Positions 43,082 through 53,748 are shown, counted from the first letter of the stretch. The stretch: DNA of 64,000 nt from an uncultured Thermoleophilia bacterium (GCA_963814545.1 CAWFDC010000008.1:39257-103256), one strand, 5' to 3'. A program made the numbers and translations. The notes: generated by a model not told the origin, from the letters alone.

Positions 43082-45070
43082 ATGACCACCGCGGTCACGA
43101 CACCCCGGCCTGCTGCCGAGCGCGAATCGGGCACCCTCGCCGTGTGCCTCGCCGGCAACCCCAACGTGGGCAAGTCGTCGCTCTTCAACTGCCTCACCGG
43201 CGCCGCCTGCGACACGGCGCACTGCGCCGGGGTCACGACGGCCGCGTCCGCGGTGTGCACGCGCTGGCGCCGGCACGCGGTCGAGGTGATCGACCTGCCG
43301 GGCACCTACGCCCTCGAGGGCCACGCCGGCGACCAGCGTGTGGGCCGGGCGGCGCTGCTCGAGGCCCGGCCCGACGTCGTGGTCGCCGTCGTCGACGCCA
43401 CCAACCTGGCGCGCAACCTCTACCTCGTCCTCCAGCTGCTCGACCTCGGGTACCGCGTGGTCGTCGCGCTCAACCTGGTCGACGAGGCGCGCCGGCGGCA
43501 CATCGACATCGACGCCGCCGTCCTGGCCCGCGAGCTCGGCGTGCCCGTGGTGCGCACGGTCGCCTCCAAGGGCGAGGGCATCGAGGGTGTGATGCGCACC
43601 GTGCTCGCCGTGGCCGAGGCCGGCGACGGCGCGGGGCGCGGGCGCCGGCGCCGTTACGGTCCGCTGGTCGAGGAGCGCATCGACGAGCTCGAAGCGCTGC
43701 TCGAGGAGCGCTTCGCGAGGCGCGAGCTGCCGTTCGGGCTCTCGTCGCGCGCCGCGGCGCTCGCCGTCCTCGAGGGTGACCCGGAGACGACCGCGGCCCT
43801 CGCCGGGTTCGGCGACCTGCCGTTCGACCCCGGCGACGAGGCGCTGCCGCTGCTCGTCGCCCGCCAGCGTCACGACGTCGCCCGCCGCCTCGCCGAGGCC
43901 TGCACCACCTCGCCCGGCCTCGCTCCCGACACCTGGTGGCGGGTCACGACGACGCCGAGGACCGGCCTGCCGATCCTCGGCGTCGTCGTGGCCGCCGTCT
44001 TCACCGTCCTGTTCGTCGTCGGCGGCTTCCTCTCCGGGCTGCTGACCAGCGCCTGGGAGGCGACCGTCTCGCCGTTCCTCACCGACGTGGTGACGGCGAT
44101 CTTCGGCGACGGCGCCCTGGGCCGCACCATCCTCTGGGGCGTCGACGGCGGCGTGATCGCCACGCTGGCGATCGGCATCCCCTACATCCTCACGTTCTAC
44201 GTGCTGCTCGCCCTGCTCGAGGATTCAGGCTACCTGAACGCCGCCGCCTTCCTGACCGACCGCGTGATGCATCGCTTCGGGCTGCACGGCCGCGCCGTGA
44301 TACCCCTGATCGCTGCCCTGGGCTGCAACGTGCCGGCGATCATCGGCACGCGCACCCTCAACTCGATGCGCGAGCGTCTCATCGCCAGCACCCTGATCAC
44401 GCTCACCCCGTGCAGCGCCCGCACCGCCATCATCATCGGGGCGGTGGCTCTCTACGCGGGGTGGCAGTGGGCCATCCTGGTCTACGCCGTGCTCATCGCC
44501 GTCGGCGTGCTCGCCGGGCTGGGTCTCAACCGCCTGCTGCCCGGCGAGAAACAGGGCCTCGTCATGGAGATGTTCCCCTTCCGGCGGCCGGTGCTCCGCC
44601 AGGTGGGGGCGAAGACGTGGCGGCGGTTCCGCGACTTCATCTGGGACGCCGCCCCCATCATCGTGATCGGCAGCATGGTCCTGGGGGCGCTCTACGAGAC
44701 GGGATGGATCTGGGAGCTCACGGAACCGCTCTCGCCGGTGGTCGAGACCTGGCTGATGCTGCCCGCCGTGGCCGGTCTCACCCTGGTCTTCGGGGTGCTG
44801 CGCAAGGAGCTCGCCCTGCAACTCCTGCTCACCTTCGCCGTCGTCGTCTACGGCTCCAGCGTGCAGGACATCAGCTCGTTCATGGACACGAGCCAGATCG
44901 TCACCTTCGCTCTCGTGACGTCCCTCTACGTACCCTGCGTGGCGACGATCGCCGTCCTCGGGCGCGAGCTGGGCTGGCGGCGTACGGCCTACGTGAGTCT
45001 CGGGACGGTGGCGATCGCTCTCCTGGTCGGGGGCGCGGCCGCCCACGCACTGCAGGCGCTGGGCTACTGA
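43082..45070 (+). CDS. feoB: Ferrous iron transporter FeoB
   Basis: GNPNVGKS, DLPGTY, VVDA.NL.RNL, N..D; membrane domain LEDSGY, GCNVP, PCSAR, KE, LY.PC.AT. Confidence 0.93.
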   Translation: MTTAVTTPRPAAERESGTLAVCLAGNPNVGKSSLFNCLTGAACDTAHCAGVTTAASAVCTRWRRHAVEVIDLPGTYALEGHAGDQRVGRAALLEARPDVVVAVVDATNLARNLYLVLQLLDLGYRVVVALNLVDEARRRHIDIDAAVLARELGVPVVRTVASKGEGIEGVMRTVLAVAEAGDGAGRGRRRRYGPLVEERIDELEALLEERFARRELPFGLSSRAAALAVLEGDPETTAALAGFGDLPFDPGDEALPLLVARQRHDVARRLAEACTTSPGLAPDTWWRVTTTPRTGLPILGVVVAAVFTVLFVVGGFLSGLLTSAWEATVSPFLTDVVTAIFGDGALGRTILWGVDGGVIATLAIGIPYILTFYVLLALLEDSGYLNAAAFLTDRVMHRFGLHGRAVIPLIAALGCNVPAIIGTRTLNSMRERLIASTLITLTPCSARTAIIIGAVALYAGWQWAILVYAVLIAVGVLAGLGLNRLLPGEKQGLVMEMFPFRRPVLRQVGAKTWRRFRDFIWDAAPIIVIGSMVLGALYETGWIWELTEPLSPVVETWLMLPAVAGLTLVFGVLRKELALQLLLTFAVVVYGSSVQDISSFMDTSQIVTFALVTSLYVPCVATIAVLGRELGWRRTAYVSLGTVAIALLVGGAAAHALQALGY

Positions 45071-45108
45071 GCCCTGCCGGCCGCCGGGCCGGCGCTGCGA
45101 GCGCCAGG

Positions 45109-45933
45109 TCAGACTCGGGTGCCGTTCTGCACGGCCCAGGCGAGCGTCGCCCGCGCCACCTCGGGCGAGCGGCCGGGGCCGTGGTGGCCGCCCTCTGCGA
45201 GCGACCATGAAGCGGGCCGGGGCTCGAGCACCGCCGCCAGACGGCGGCTGTGGCCGAAGGGCACATCGGGGTCGTCGCGCGCGTGGGCGAGCAGCACGCG
45301 GCGCAGACCGTGTGCCTCGGCGATCAGGTCGAGGTGCGCGAGGAACGGCCGCAGGGCGGCCTCGTCGAAGCGCCCCGCGTAGCGGTCGTCCGGCCGCGAC
45401 GGGTCCGCGGGTGAGGCCGCTACGGGACCGCCCGAGGGCCGCGGCGCCGACCCGCCGTCGCGCCCGGCCGCCCGGTCGAGGCCGCGAAGCAGGGAGGGGC
45501 CGTCGGCGGGGCACAGGAGGACCAGCGAGCGCAGCAGGTCCGGGCGTCGACGGGCGGCCAGCACCAGCAGCATCGCGCCCATGCTGGCCCCGCGCGCCGC
45601 GACCCAAGGGGCTCCTGAGAGCCGCCTCAACGCTTCACAGGCGGCGATCACGTCGTCGCTGCCGTGGTCGTCCATCGCCCCGCCACTCTCGCCGTGGCCG
45701 CGGAAGTCGAAGAGCAGGGCGGCGAGGCCTGCGGCCACGGCCTGTTCGGCCATGATCACGTGGTTCTCCTTGCGGCTGCCGGCGCCGTGGCAGACGAGCA
45801 GGGCGCCTGCGACGTGGGCGTCGGGCAGGTAGAGGAGGGCGGCCAACGGGATGCCGCCCGAGTCGATGATCACCGACTGCGGCTCGGACCCGGAATGCGG
45901 CGCGTCCACCGCGGCCCCCGCCCCCGCCGCCAT
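45109..45933 (-). CDS. Alpha/beta-fold hydrolase
   Basis: HGAGS, FDFRGHGES.G, GASMG nucleophile elbow, D..VP, GGHH. Confidence 0.85.
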   Translation of the reverse strand: MAAGAGAAVDAPHSGSEPQSVIIDSGGIPLAALLYLPDAHVAGALLVCHGAGSRKENHVIMAEQAVAAGLAALLFDFRGHGESGGAMDDHGSDDVIAACEALRRLSGAPWVAARGASMGAMLLVLAARRRPDLLRSLVLLCPADGPSLLRGLDRAAGRDGGSAPRPSGGPVAASPADPSRPDDRYAGRFDEAALRPFLAHLDLIAEAHGLRRVLLAHARDDPDVPFGHSRRLAAVLEPRPASWSLAEGGHHGPGRSPEVARATLAWAVQNGTRV

Positions 45934-45935
45934 GG

Positions 45936-46970
45936 TCAGCGGCGCGCGACGAGGCGCCGGTAGACGGCCTCGTAGTCGCCGACCATGCGCGCGACCGAGA
46001 AGCGGCGCTCGACCTCGGCCCGGCAGACCCCGGGGTCGATCTCGCCCACGCGGCCGACCGCGGCGACGAGGCCGTCGAGGTCGTCACGCACGAAGCCGGT
46101 GCGGCCGTCGGTGACGACCTCGGGCACCGAGCCCTGTCGCAGGGCGACGACCGGCGTGCCCGTGGCCAGGGCCTCGATCATCACGAGGCCGAAGGGCTCG
46201 GGCCAGGCGATCGGGAAGACGTACGCGTGGGCGTGGGCGAACAGCTCGCGCTTGCGCGCCAGCGAGACCTCGCCCTCGAAGACGATCTGCTCGCCGTCGA
46301 CGTGCGGCTCGACGCGCTCGTGGAAGTAGTCGGCGGAGTGCTCCTGCACGACCCCGGCCACGATGAGGCGGCGCCCGGTGCGACGAGCCACCTCGATGGC
46401 GAGGTGGAAGCCCTTGGCTTCGCAGACGCGCCCGAAGGCGAGGAGGTAGTCGTCCTTCTCCTGCACGAACGGCCACTCCTCGACGGCGATGCCGTTGTAG
46501 ACGACGCCGGCCCAGTTCATGCCCGGCGGCCCCTGCGAGCGCTGGTACTCGCTGATGGCGTTGTAGGCGACCTCGCCGGCGAACCGGGCGTAGAAGGGGA
46601 ATGTCTCGGCGTTGAAGGAGCAGTGGATGGTGTGCAGCACCGGCGGCAGGTCGAGGCAGCGGCGAAACGCGGGGACGAGGAAGCCGGAGTGGTCGTGGAC
46701 GAGGTCGAAGCCGCCGTCGGCGACGATGTCGTCGAGGGCGAACCTCACGTGGCAGATGTCGATCGACGTCCTCTGCATGAGTTCGGGCATGGAGCGGGGG
46801 AAGTACGCCCGCAGCTCGGCCGCCGTGTGCGAGTCGCCGGCGGCGTAGAGCACGACCTCGTGGCCCCGCGCCGGAAGGTCGTCACAGAGCTGCTGCACGA
46901 CCCACTCCGTGCCGCCGTACCCCGCGGGGGGCACGGCGATCCATGGGGGTGCCAGCTGGGCGATCCTCAT
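45936..46970 (-). CDS. Glycosyltransferase family 4
   Basis: MRIAQLAPPW..VPP.GYGGTE, GR....KG, W.EPFGLVMIEALA.GTPV. Confidence 0.92.
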   Translation of the reverse strand: MRIAQLAPPWIAVPPAGYGGTEWVVQQLCDDLPARGHEVVLYAAGDSHTAAELRAYFPRSMPELMQRTSIDICHVRFALDDIVADGGFDLVHDHSGFLVPAFRRCLDLPPVLHTIHCSFNAETFPFYARFAGEVAYNAISEYQRSQGPPGMNWAGVVYNGIAVEEWPFVQEKDDYLLAFGRVCEAKGFHLAIEVARRTGRRLIVAGVVQEHSADYFHERVEPHVDGEQIVFEGEVSLARKRELFAHAHAYVFPIAWPEPFGLVMIEALATGTPVVALRQGSVPEVVTDGRTGFVRDDLDGLVAAVGRVGEIDPGVCRAEVERRFSVARMVGDYEAVYRRLVARR

Positions 46971-47173
46971 GAGGAGAGTCTACCAGCGGTCCCCACGCCG
47001 CCCGCTCGCAGGCGGTCCGCGCGCGGCGCTGTCAACGGTCGCGGCAGCAGCGTGCCGTTGGTCGTGAGGGGGCGCTGTCGGCGGTCCTGGCGGCTCGGTG
47101 TTGACGGACATGGCGGCGCCGCTTCGCGGTGCAGGCTGTTGGCAGGGCCCGCACCCGCCGATAGAGTGCCTGC

Positions 47174-49478
47174 ATGATCCTCTACCTGGACTGTACGAAC
47201 GGCATCAGCGGCGACCGGCTGGTCGCGGCGCTGCTCGACCTGAGCGGCGCACGGCCCGGTGCCCGCGGCCCTCTCGACAAGGTCGTGCGCCCCGTCCTCA
47301 AGGCGGCGGGCATCGACCCCCGTCTGGCGACGGTCGAGGCGGTGCGTCGCGGCCGCGTCGCCGCCCTGGTCTTCAGGGTCGCCGACGCCCCGGGCTTCGC
47401 CAGCTTCGACGAACTGATCATGTCGATGTACGCGTCGTCCGTCGCCCAGCCCCACGCCGACATCGTGGCCGCGGTGGCCGATCGCCTGCGCGCGGCGGAG
47501 CACGCCGTGCACGGAGAGGGTGACGAACGGCGTCACGAGCCCTGCGCCGTGACCACCGCGGTGGAGCTGATCGCCGCCGCCGCGCTCGTGCACGATCTGG
47601 GGCCGGAGCGCATCGTCGCCTCCCCGCCGGCGCTCGGCGTGGACCGCGCGCCGAGCGCCGGCGGGGAGGCGAGCGCCTCGGCGGCCGTCGTGCTGCAGCT
47701 CCTGCACGGGTGCCCGGTCGCCGACGAGCGCGAGAGCGGCGAGAGCGGCGGTGCCGAGTACGCCGACGAGGTCGCCGCCGATGCCGCCGGCGATGGATCC
47801 GTCGCCGACGAGTCCGTTGACGAGGGCGCCGCTGACGACGACGGCGGGGCGCTCGGCCCGGGCACCGCGGCCGAGGCTACGACCCCGACCGGCGCGGCCT
47901 TGCTCGCGCACTTCGCCGACGACTTCGGCGCGCCGCCCGTCGGCACGGTCGCTGGCGAGGGCTTCGGCGCGGCCCGCCGCGGGCGCCCCGGCCGGCCCGA
48001 CGTGCTGCGGGTCGCCCTGATCGCCCCGGCTGCGGTGGGTGCCGACGCCGAGCTCTCGCCGGACCCGCCGAGCGCCGCAGCCGAGGACTCACCCGAGGCC
48101 AGCACCTCGCTCGTCGCCGCCGACGTGCCCGCGGCCCACGTCGAGGCCCGCGCCGATGCCGCCCATGTGTCCGCGCAGGAGGCCGAGCAGCCGGCCGGCG
48201 AGGGGCCGGTGGCGGACGCCGAGGACTCGCCTGACGGTCCGGCCCCGTCGGATGCCGCGGCTTGGTTCGGCGTCACCCCGGAGCCCACCGCCGAGTCCTC
48301 ATCCGCCGCCGCGATGTCGTCCGACGACGACGCTGCAGTCGACGCCGACGCCGCAGCGGACGACGACGCTGCAGTCGACGACGGACGACACCGCAGCGGA
48401 CGACGACGCTGCAGTCGACGCCGACGCTTCAGTCGACGCCGACGCTGCAGCTGACGCCGCGCCCGACGCCGCTCCGCTGTGGGGCGCGTCGCCCTTGTTC
48501 GGCGCCGGGCTTGCGCCGGGTGCCCTCACGCCTGATTTGGAGCGCACTCACGAGACCGACGCCGCGCCGTGGTTCGCCGCGCCTCTCGTCACCCTCCCCG
48601 GCACCGACGACGACACGCCCCGCGGCGATGAGCCAGACGCCGCCGCCGACCCCTTCCTCACCCCTTCAGGTGACCTGCCCGACAGGACGCCCGATGCCGA
48701 TGTCCCCGGCGAAGCGGAGGCGGAGGCCGAGCCCGAAGACGACGACACGCTCGCCGGCGTCAAGCTCAACGACACTCCCAACGACGTAGCTGTCGGGGCC
48801 GAAGACGACGTATCCGCCGACGCCGACGACGAGGCCCACGACGATGCGGTGGACCTCGACGGGCCCGACGACGCCGGCGATGCGCCTGGCGAGGCTGCCG
48901 GCGACCCGCCCGACGACGCCGAAGACGACCAGGACACGCTCGTCGGGGGCGCACACGCGGACGCCGGCGGCGTACCGGGTGCGGAGTCCGAGCCCGGCGC
49001 CGAGGCCGTACCCGCGTCGGCCCTCCCGCCCACCGGGCACGTCGTGCTCGAGACCAACATCGACGACATGAGCGCCGAGCTGCTGGCGCATGCCGCGGAG
49101 GCCCTGCGCGAGGCCGGCGCGCTCGACGTCTGGTTGACGCCGGCGCTGATGAAGAAGGGCCGCCCGGGGACGGTGCTGCACGTGCTGGCGGCGGCGAACG
49201 AGCAGGAGCGCCTGGCCGGGGTCGTCTTCGCCGAGACCACGACCTTCGGCCTGCGCGTGCTGCCGGTCGGCCGCCTGTACGCCGAGGAGCGCCGCGAGAC
49301 GGTGCGCATCGCCGGGCACGACATCGGCGTCCGCCTCGGGTACGCCCAGGGACGGCTGGCCACGGTCTCGCCCGAGTACGAGGACTGCCGCGGCGCGGCC
49401 GCCGAGCTCGGTCGCCCGGCACGCGTGGTCTACGAGGCGGCCCAGGCGCGAGCCCGCAGCCGCTTCAGCGGTCACTGA
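47174..49478 (+). CDS. larC: LarC-like nickel insertase with degenerate N-domain and ~330-aa acidic linker (+1 frameshift near 48383)
   Basis: LYLDC..GISGD, AE..VHG, TPTGAA, G.G.G...PDVLR in ORF1; LETNIDD, GALDV..TP..MKKGRPG, ETTT.G.R, PEYEDC in ORF2. Confidence 0.78.
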
Positions 49479-49582
49479 GCGCGACGCCCGCTCGCGGCGG
49501 CATCCAACCGGATAGGCCGCCACCGCCCTTTTTGCAGGTATTGTCTCTGGGCGCCCCGGACGGGCCGCCACTCTTGACACGA

Positions 49583-49612
49583 TTGACCCTCGAGATGGGG
49601 CGTCTGTACAAT
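49583..49612 (+). promoter_or_regulatory. Sigma-70-type promoter of the fhs operon
   Basis: TTGACC-18 nt-TACAAT; a second TTGACA lies at 49574. Confidence 0.7.
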
Positions 49613-49740
49613 CCTTCACAAGGGAGTGGAGCCGAGCTCCCGGTCGCCGGCCGCGGCGGTCCCCCGCTCGATCACGGCCGGCGTCCGCTTGTTCTCGGTC
49701 CGAGAGAGACGCGCAAGAGTGGTAACCGAAGGAGGACGCG

Positions 49741-51467
49741 TTGACCGTCAGCGGCAGGATCACCCGCAAGAACCCCGTCCCCAGTGACATCGAGATCGCG
49801 CAGGCGGCCACGATGCAGCCCATCCAGGCGATCGCCGAGAAGGCGGGCATCCTCGACGACGAGCTCGAGCTCTACGGCACGCTACAAGGCCAAGATCGAC
49901 TACATGGCCGTGCTCGAGCGGCTCAAGGACAAGCCCGACGGCAAGATCATCGACGTCACCGCCATCACCCCGACGCCGCTCGGCGAGGGCAAGACGGTCA
50001 CCGCCATCGGCCTCGCCGAGGCGCATGAACGCCATCGGCATCGACACGATGCTGGCCCTGCGCGAGCCCTCCCTGGGCCCGGTCTTCGGCATCAAGGGCG
50101 GCGCCGCCGGCGGCGGCTACTCCCAGCTCCTCCCGATGGAGGACCTCAACCTCCACTTCACCGGCGACATCCACGCCGTCGGCACGGCCAACAACCTGCT
50201 CGCGGCCATGGTCGGACAGCCACCTGATGCACGGCAACGAGCTCGAGATCGACCCGCTCACCATCTCCTGGCGGCGCGTCGTCGACCTCAACGACCGCGC
50301 CCTGCGCGAGATCGTCATCGGTCTCGGGCGGCGGCTCAACGGCATCCCGCGCGAGACCGGCTACGACATCACCGTGGCCAGCGAGGTCATGGCGATCCTC
50401 GGCCTCGCCACGTCGCTCAAGGACCTGCGCGAGCGCCTCGGCCGCATCACCTTCGGCTACAGCACGTCGGGCAAGCCCGCTCACGGCCGACGACATCGGC
50501 GCCGGCGGCGCCATGACCGTGCTGCTCAAGGACGCCATCAAGCCGAACCTCATGCAGACCCTCGAGGGCAACGCCGGCGCTCGTCCACGCCGGCCCCTTC
50601 GCCAACATCGCCCAGGGCAACAACTCGATCATCGCCGACAAGGTCGCCATGAAGCTCAGCCGACTACGTCGTCACCGAGAGCGGCTTCGGCGCCGACCTG
50701 GGCGCCGAGAAGTTCATGGACATCATCTGCCGCTACGGCGGATTCGCGCCCAGCGCCGTGGTCATCACCTGCACGATGCGCGCGCTCAAGATGCACGGCG
50801 GCCTGCCGGTCGACCCCGAGCTGCTCAAGGCCGAGAACAACGAGGCGCTCGACCAAGGGCTGCGAGAACCTCGCCAAGCAGATCGAGAACATGAAGTACT
50901 TCGGCGTGCCCGTGGTGGTCACGCTCAACCGCTTCGCCTTCGACCGCGACACCGAGGTCGAGATCGTGCGCAAGGAGGCCATCGCGGCCGGTGCCGAAGA
51001 CGCGGTGCCGATCAGCGTGCACGCGCTCGGCGGCGACGGCGGCCAGGAGGCGGCCGAGGTCGTCAAGGCGGCGGCCGACAAGGGCGGGGATTTCAAGTTC
51101 CTCTACCCGCTCGAGGCCTCGATCAAGGAGAAGATCGAGACGATCGCCACGAAGATCTACGGCGCCGACGGCGTCGACTACCTGCCTGAGGCCGAGGCAG
51201 AAGATCAAGCTGTTCACCGAGCAGGGCCTCGACAAGCTGCCGCTCTGCATGGCCAAGACGCACCTCTCGCTCTCGCACGACCCGGCGCTCAAGGGCCGGC
51301 CGCGCGGCTTCCGCGTGCCGATCCGCGACATCCGGCCGGCGACCGGCGCCGGGTACCTGTACCCGCTGCTCGGCGAGATGCGCACGATGCCCGGCCTGGC
51401 CAAGCGGCCGGCGGCCGTCGACGTCGACATCGACGTCGAGACCGGCCGCATCATCGGTCTGTTCTGA
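49741..51467 (+). CDS. fhs: Formate--tetrahydrofolate ligase (eight apparent +1 frameshifts)
   Basis: Consecutive frames give [98 protein letters not shown]; TTG start with AAGGAGG RBS. Confidence 0.92.
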
Positions 51468-51530
51468 GTAGTTGAGGAGCGCGACGGCGCGCCGGCGGCA
51501 ACGACGCCGGCGCGCCGCGCCCGGAGGTGT

Positions 51531-52178
51531 GTGGTGAGCGAGCACGAACCCATCGTCTACGCCCGCGAGGCGCTGCCCGTCTATCTCGACGACGCGGCGT
51601 CCGGCAAGCCGGCCCCCGGCGGGGGCAGCGTCTCGGCCTGCGTCGGCGCCCTCGGCGCGGCCCTGACCTCGATGGTCTGCAACCTGACCATCGGCAAGGA
51701 GAAGTTCGCCGAGGTCGAGGAGCGCATGAAGGGGGTGCTGGCCGCGTCGGAGGCCGCCCGCGCCCGGCTGCAGGAGCTGCTGCAGGAGGACACCACGGCC
51801 TACAACGGCGTGCTCCTCGCCTACCGTCTGCCCAAGGGCACCGACGAGGAGAAGGCGGCGCGCCACAAGGCGGTGCAGGACGGCCTCATCGTCGCCGCCG
51901 ACGTGCCGCTCCGGATCTGCCGCGTCGCCATCGAGGTCTGCCGCCTGGCCAAGGTGGCGGCCGATCTGGGCAACGCCAACGCCGTGACCGACGCCGGCAT
52001 CGGCGCCCTGCTCGGCGAGGCGGCGGCCGTCGGCGCCGCCCTCAACGTGCGTATCAATCTCGGCTCGATCGAGGACGAGGCGTACGTCGCCGCGGCGGCG
52101 GCCGAGATCGACGCCATCCTCGTCGAGGCCGCGGCGCTGCGCGCCGAGGTCCTCGCCACCACGCTCGCCAAGATCTGA
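51531..52178 (+). CDS. fchA: Methenyl-THF cyclohydrolase / cyclodeaminase family protein
   Basis: S..PAPGGGSVSA..GALGAAL..MV.NLT.GK, D..AY, GN.NA.TD, A.LNV.INL; lies between fhs and folD. Confidence 0.88.
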   Translation: MVSEHEPIVYAREALPVYLDDAASGKPAPGGGSVSACVGALGAALTSMVCNLTIGKEKFAEVEERMKGVLAASEAARARLQELLQEDTTAYNGVLLAYRLPKGTDEEKAARHKAVQDGLIVAADVPLRICRVAIEVCRLAKVAADLGNANAVTDAGIGALLGEAAAVGAALNVRINLGSIEDEAYVAAAAAEIDAILVEAAALRAEVLATTLAKI

Positions 52179-52193
52179 CACGAAAGGGACGTC

Positions 52194-53051
52194 ATGGCTG
52201 CACGCATCATCGACGGCAAGGCGATCGCGGAGATCGTCCGCGAGGAGATCCGCGCCGAGGTCGAGCGCCTCGCGGCGACCGGCGTCAAGCCCGGGGTCGC
52301 CACCATCCTCGTGGGCGACGACGGCGGGGCCCGCTTCTACCGCGGGCAGATCGAGAAGAACACGGCCACGGTCGGCCTCACCTACTTCAACCACGAGCTG
52401 CCGGCCGACACGAGCGAGGAGGACGTCCTCGAGCTCGTCGCGAAGCTGAACGCCGATCCGGCGGTGCACGGCATCCTCGCCCTCATGCCGATGGCCGCCC
52501 ACATCGACCAGAACAGGGTCTTCAACGCCCTGGCCCCCGAGAAGGACCTCGACTGCGTGAACCCCGCCAACATCGGTCACGTGCTGCTCGGCGACCAGCT
52601 CTTCGCCCCGGCGACGCCCTCGGCCTGCATCGAGATCCTCGACCGCGAGGGCGTGGAGCTGCAGGGCCTCGACGTGACGATCGTCAATCACTCGAACATC
52701 GTCGGCAAGCCGGTCGCGCTGCTCTGCCTCAACCGCAACGCCTCGGTGCACGTCGTGCACGTGTTCAGCAAGGACGTGCCCGCCGCCTGCCGCGCGGCCG
52801 ACGTGCTCATCTCGGCGGCTCCGGTGAAGGGCCTCATCAAGGCCGACATGGTCAAGCCGGGCGCGGTCGTCGTCGACGTGACCACGATCCGCGACGCCGA
52901 GGGCAAGCAGATCGGCAGCCTCGAGTTCGACGCCGTGTGCGAGGTCGCCGGCCACGTCACGCCCGTGCCGGGCGGCGTCGGCCCCGTCACCAACGTGATC
53001 CTGCTGAAGAACGCGCTCGCCGCCTGCAAGGCGCAGGTCGGCGCGGCGTGA
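52194..53051 (+). CDS. folD: Methylene-THF dehydrogenase (FolD family, divergent)
   Basis: IIDGKAIA, LN.DP.VHGI, KD.D, PATP, S.IVGKP, TPVPGGVGP.T. Confidence 0.92.
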   Translation: MAARIIDGKAIAEIVREEIRAEVERLAATGVKPGVATILVGDDGGARFYRGQIEKNTATVGLTYFNHELPADTSEEDVLELVAKLNADPAVHGILALMPMAAHIDQNRVFNALAPEKDLDCVNPANIGHVLLGDQLFAPATPSACIEILDREGVELQGLDVTIVNHSNIVGKPVALLCLNRNASVHVVHVFSKDVPAACRAADVLISAAPVKGLIKADMVKPGAVVVDVTTIRDAEGKQIGSLEFDAVCEVAGHVTPVPGGVGPVTNVILLKNALAACKAQVGAA

Positions 53052-53220
53052 GGCGAGAGCCGGCCGGCGCGACATGCGCCGCCGGCGCCGGCGTGGTTGA
53101 ATGGGCCGGCGGCTGCAAGGGGCGCGCCTCACGGGCGCGCCCGAGGACTGACGGCGTGAGGCGGAGTTGATGCGATGCCGCGGCGAGTGACACGTACCCC
53201 GGCGACCGCTCGCCCTCCCT

Positions 53221-53748
53221 GTGGGGGTCGACGGTCCGGACCTCGAGCGAGTCGGGGCGATCGTCGACGATCTCGACCCCGCCGGCAATCTGATCGCCGT
53301 TCTGCAGCGGCTGCAGCAGGAGTTCGGCTACCTGCCCGAGCCGGTGATCGACGAGCTCTCCCGGCTGAGCGGGGTGCCGGCGTCGCGCATCTACGGCGTC
53401 GTCACGTTCTACGCGCAGTTCTCGACGACGCCGAGCGGGCGGCACCGCGTCTGCGTCTGCCACGGCACCGCCTGTCACGTCGCCGGCGCCGGGCGGATCA
53501 CCGAGGCGCTCGAGCAGGAGCTCCACGTCGAGGACGGCGGCACGACCGGGGACATGGAGTTCACGCTCGACTCGGTGGCCTGCATGGGCGCCTGCTCGCA
53601 GGCGCCGGTCATGCGCGTCGACGACGACACCTACGGCAACCTGACGGCCGACCAGACGCGCACCATCGTGCGCGAGCTGCATCGCCGAGCTGGGTATCGA
53701 GGTCCGCCGGCCCGGCGCCGCCCCGGAGCCGGCCGCCGAGGGCGGTGA
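53221..53748 (+). CDS. NuoE/HydC-like [2Fe-2S] subunit (ends uncertain)
   Basis: LI.VLQ..Q..FGYLP, IYGVVTFYAQF, VCHGTACHVAG, ACMGACSQAP. Confidence 0.9.
   Translation: MGVDGPDLERVGAIVDDLDPAGNLIAVLQRLQQEFGYLPEPVIDELSRLSGVPASRIYGVVTFYAQFSTTPSGRHRVCVCHGTACHVAGAGRITEALEQELHVEDGGTTGDMEFTLDSVACMGACSQAPVMRVDDDTYGNLTADQTRTIVRELHRRAGYRGPPARRRPGAGRRGR

Noticed and set aside
42045-49478. Genomic island integrated at tRNA-Gly or tRNA-fMet
   Set aside because: No integrase or transposase, and I found no duplicated tRNA 3' end; the flanking genes have host-like composition.
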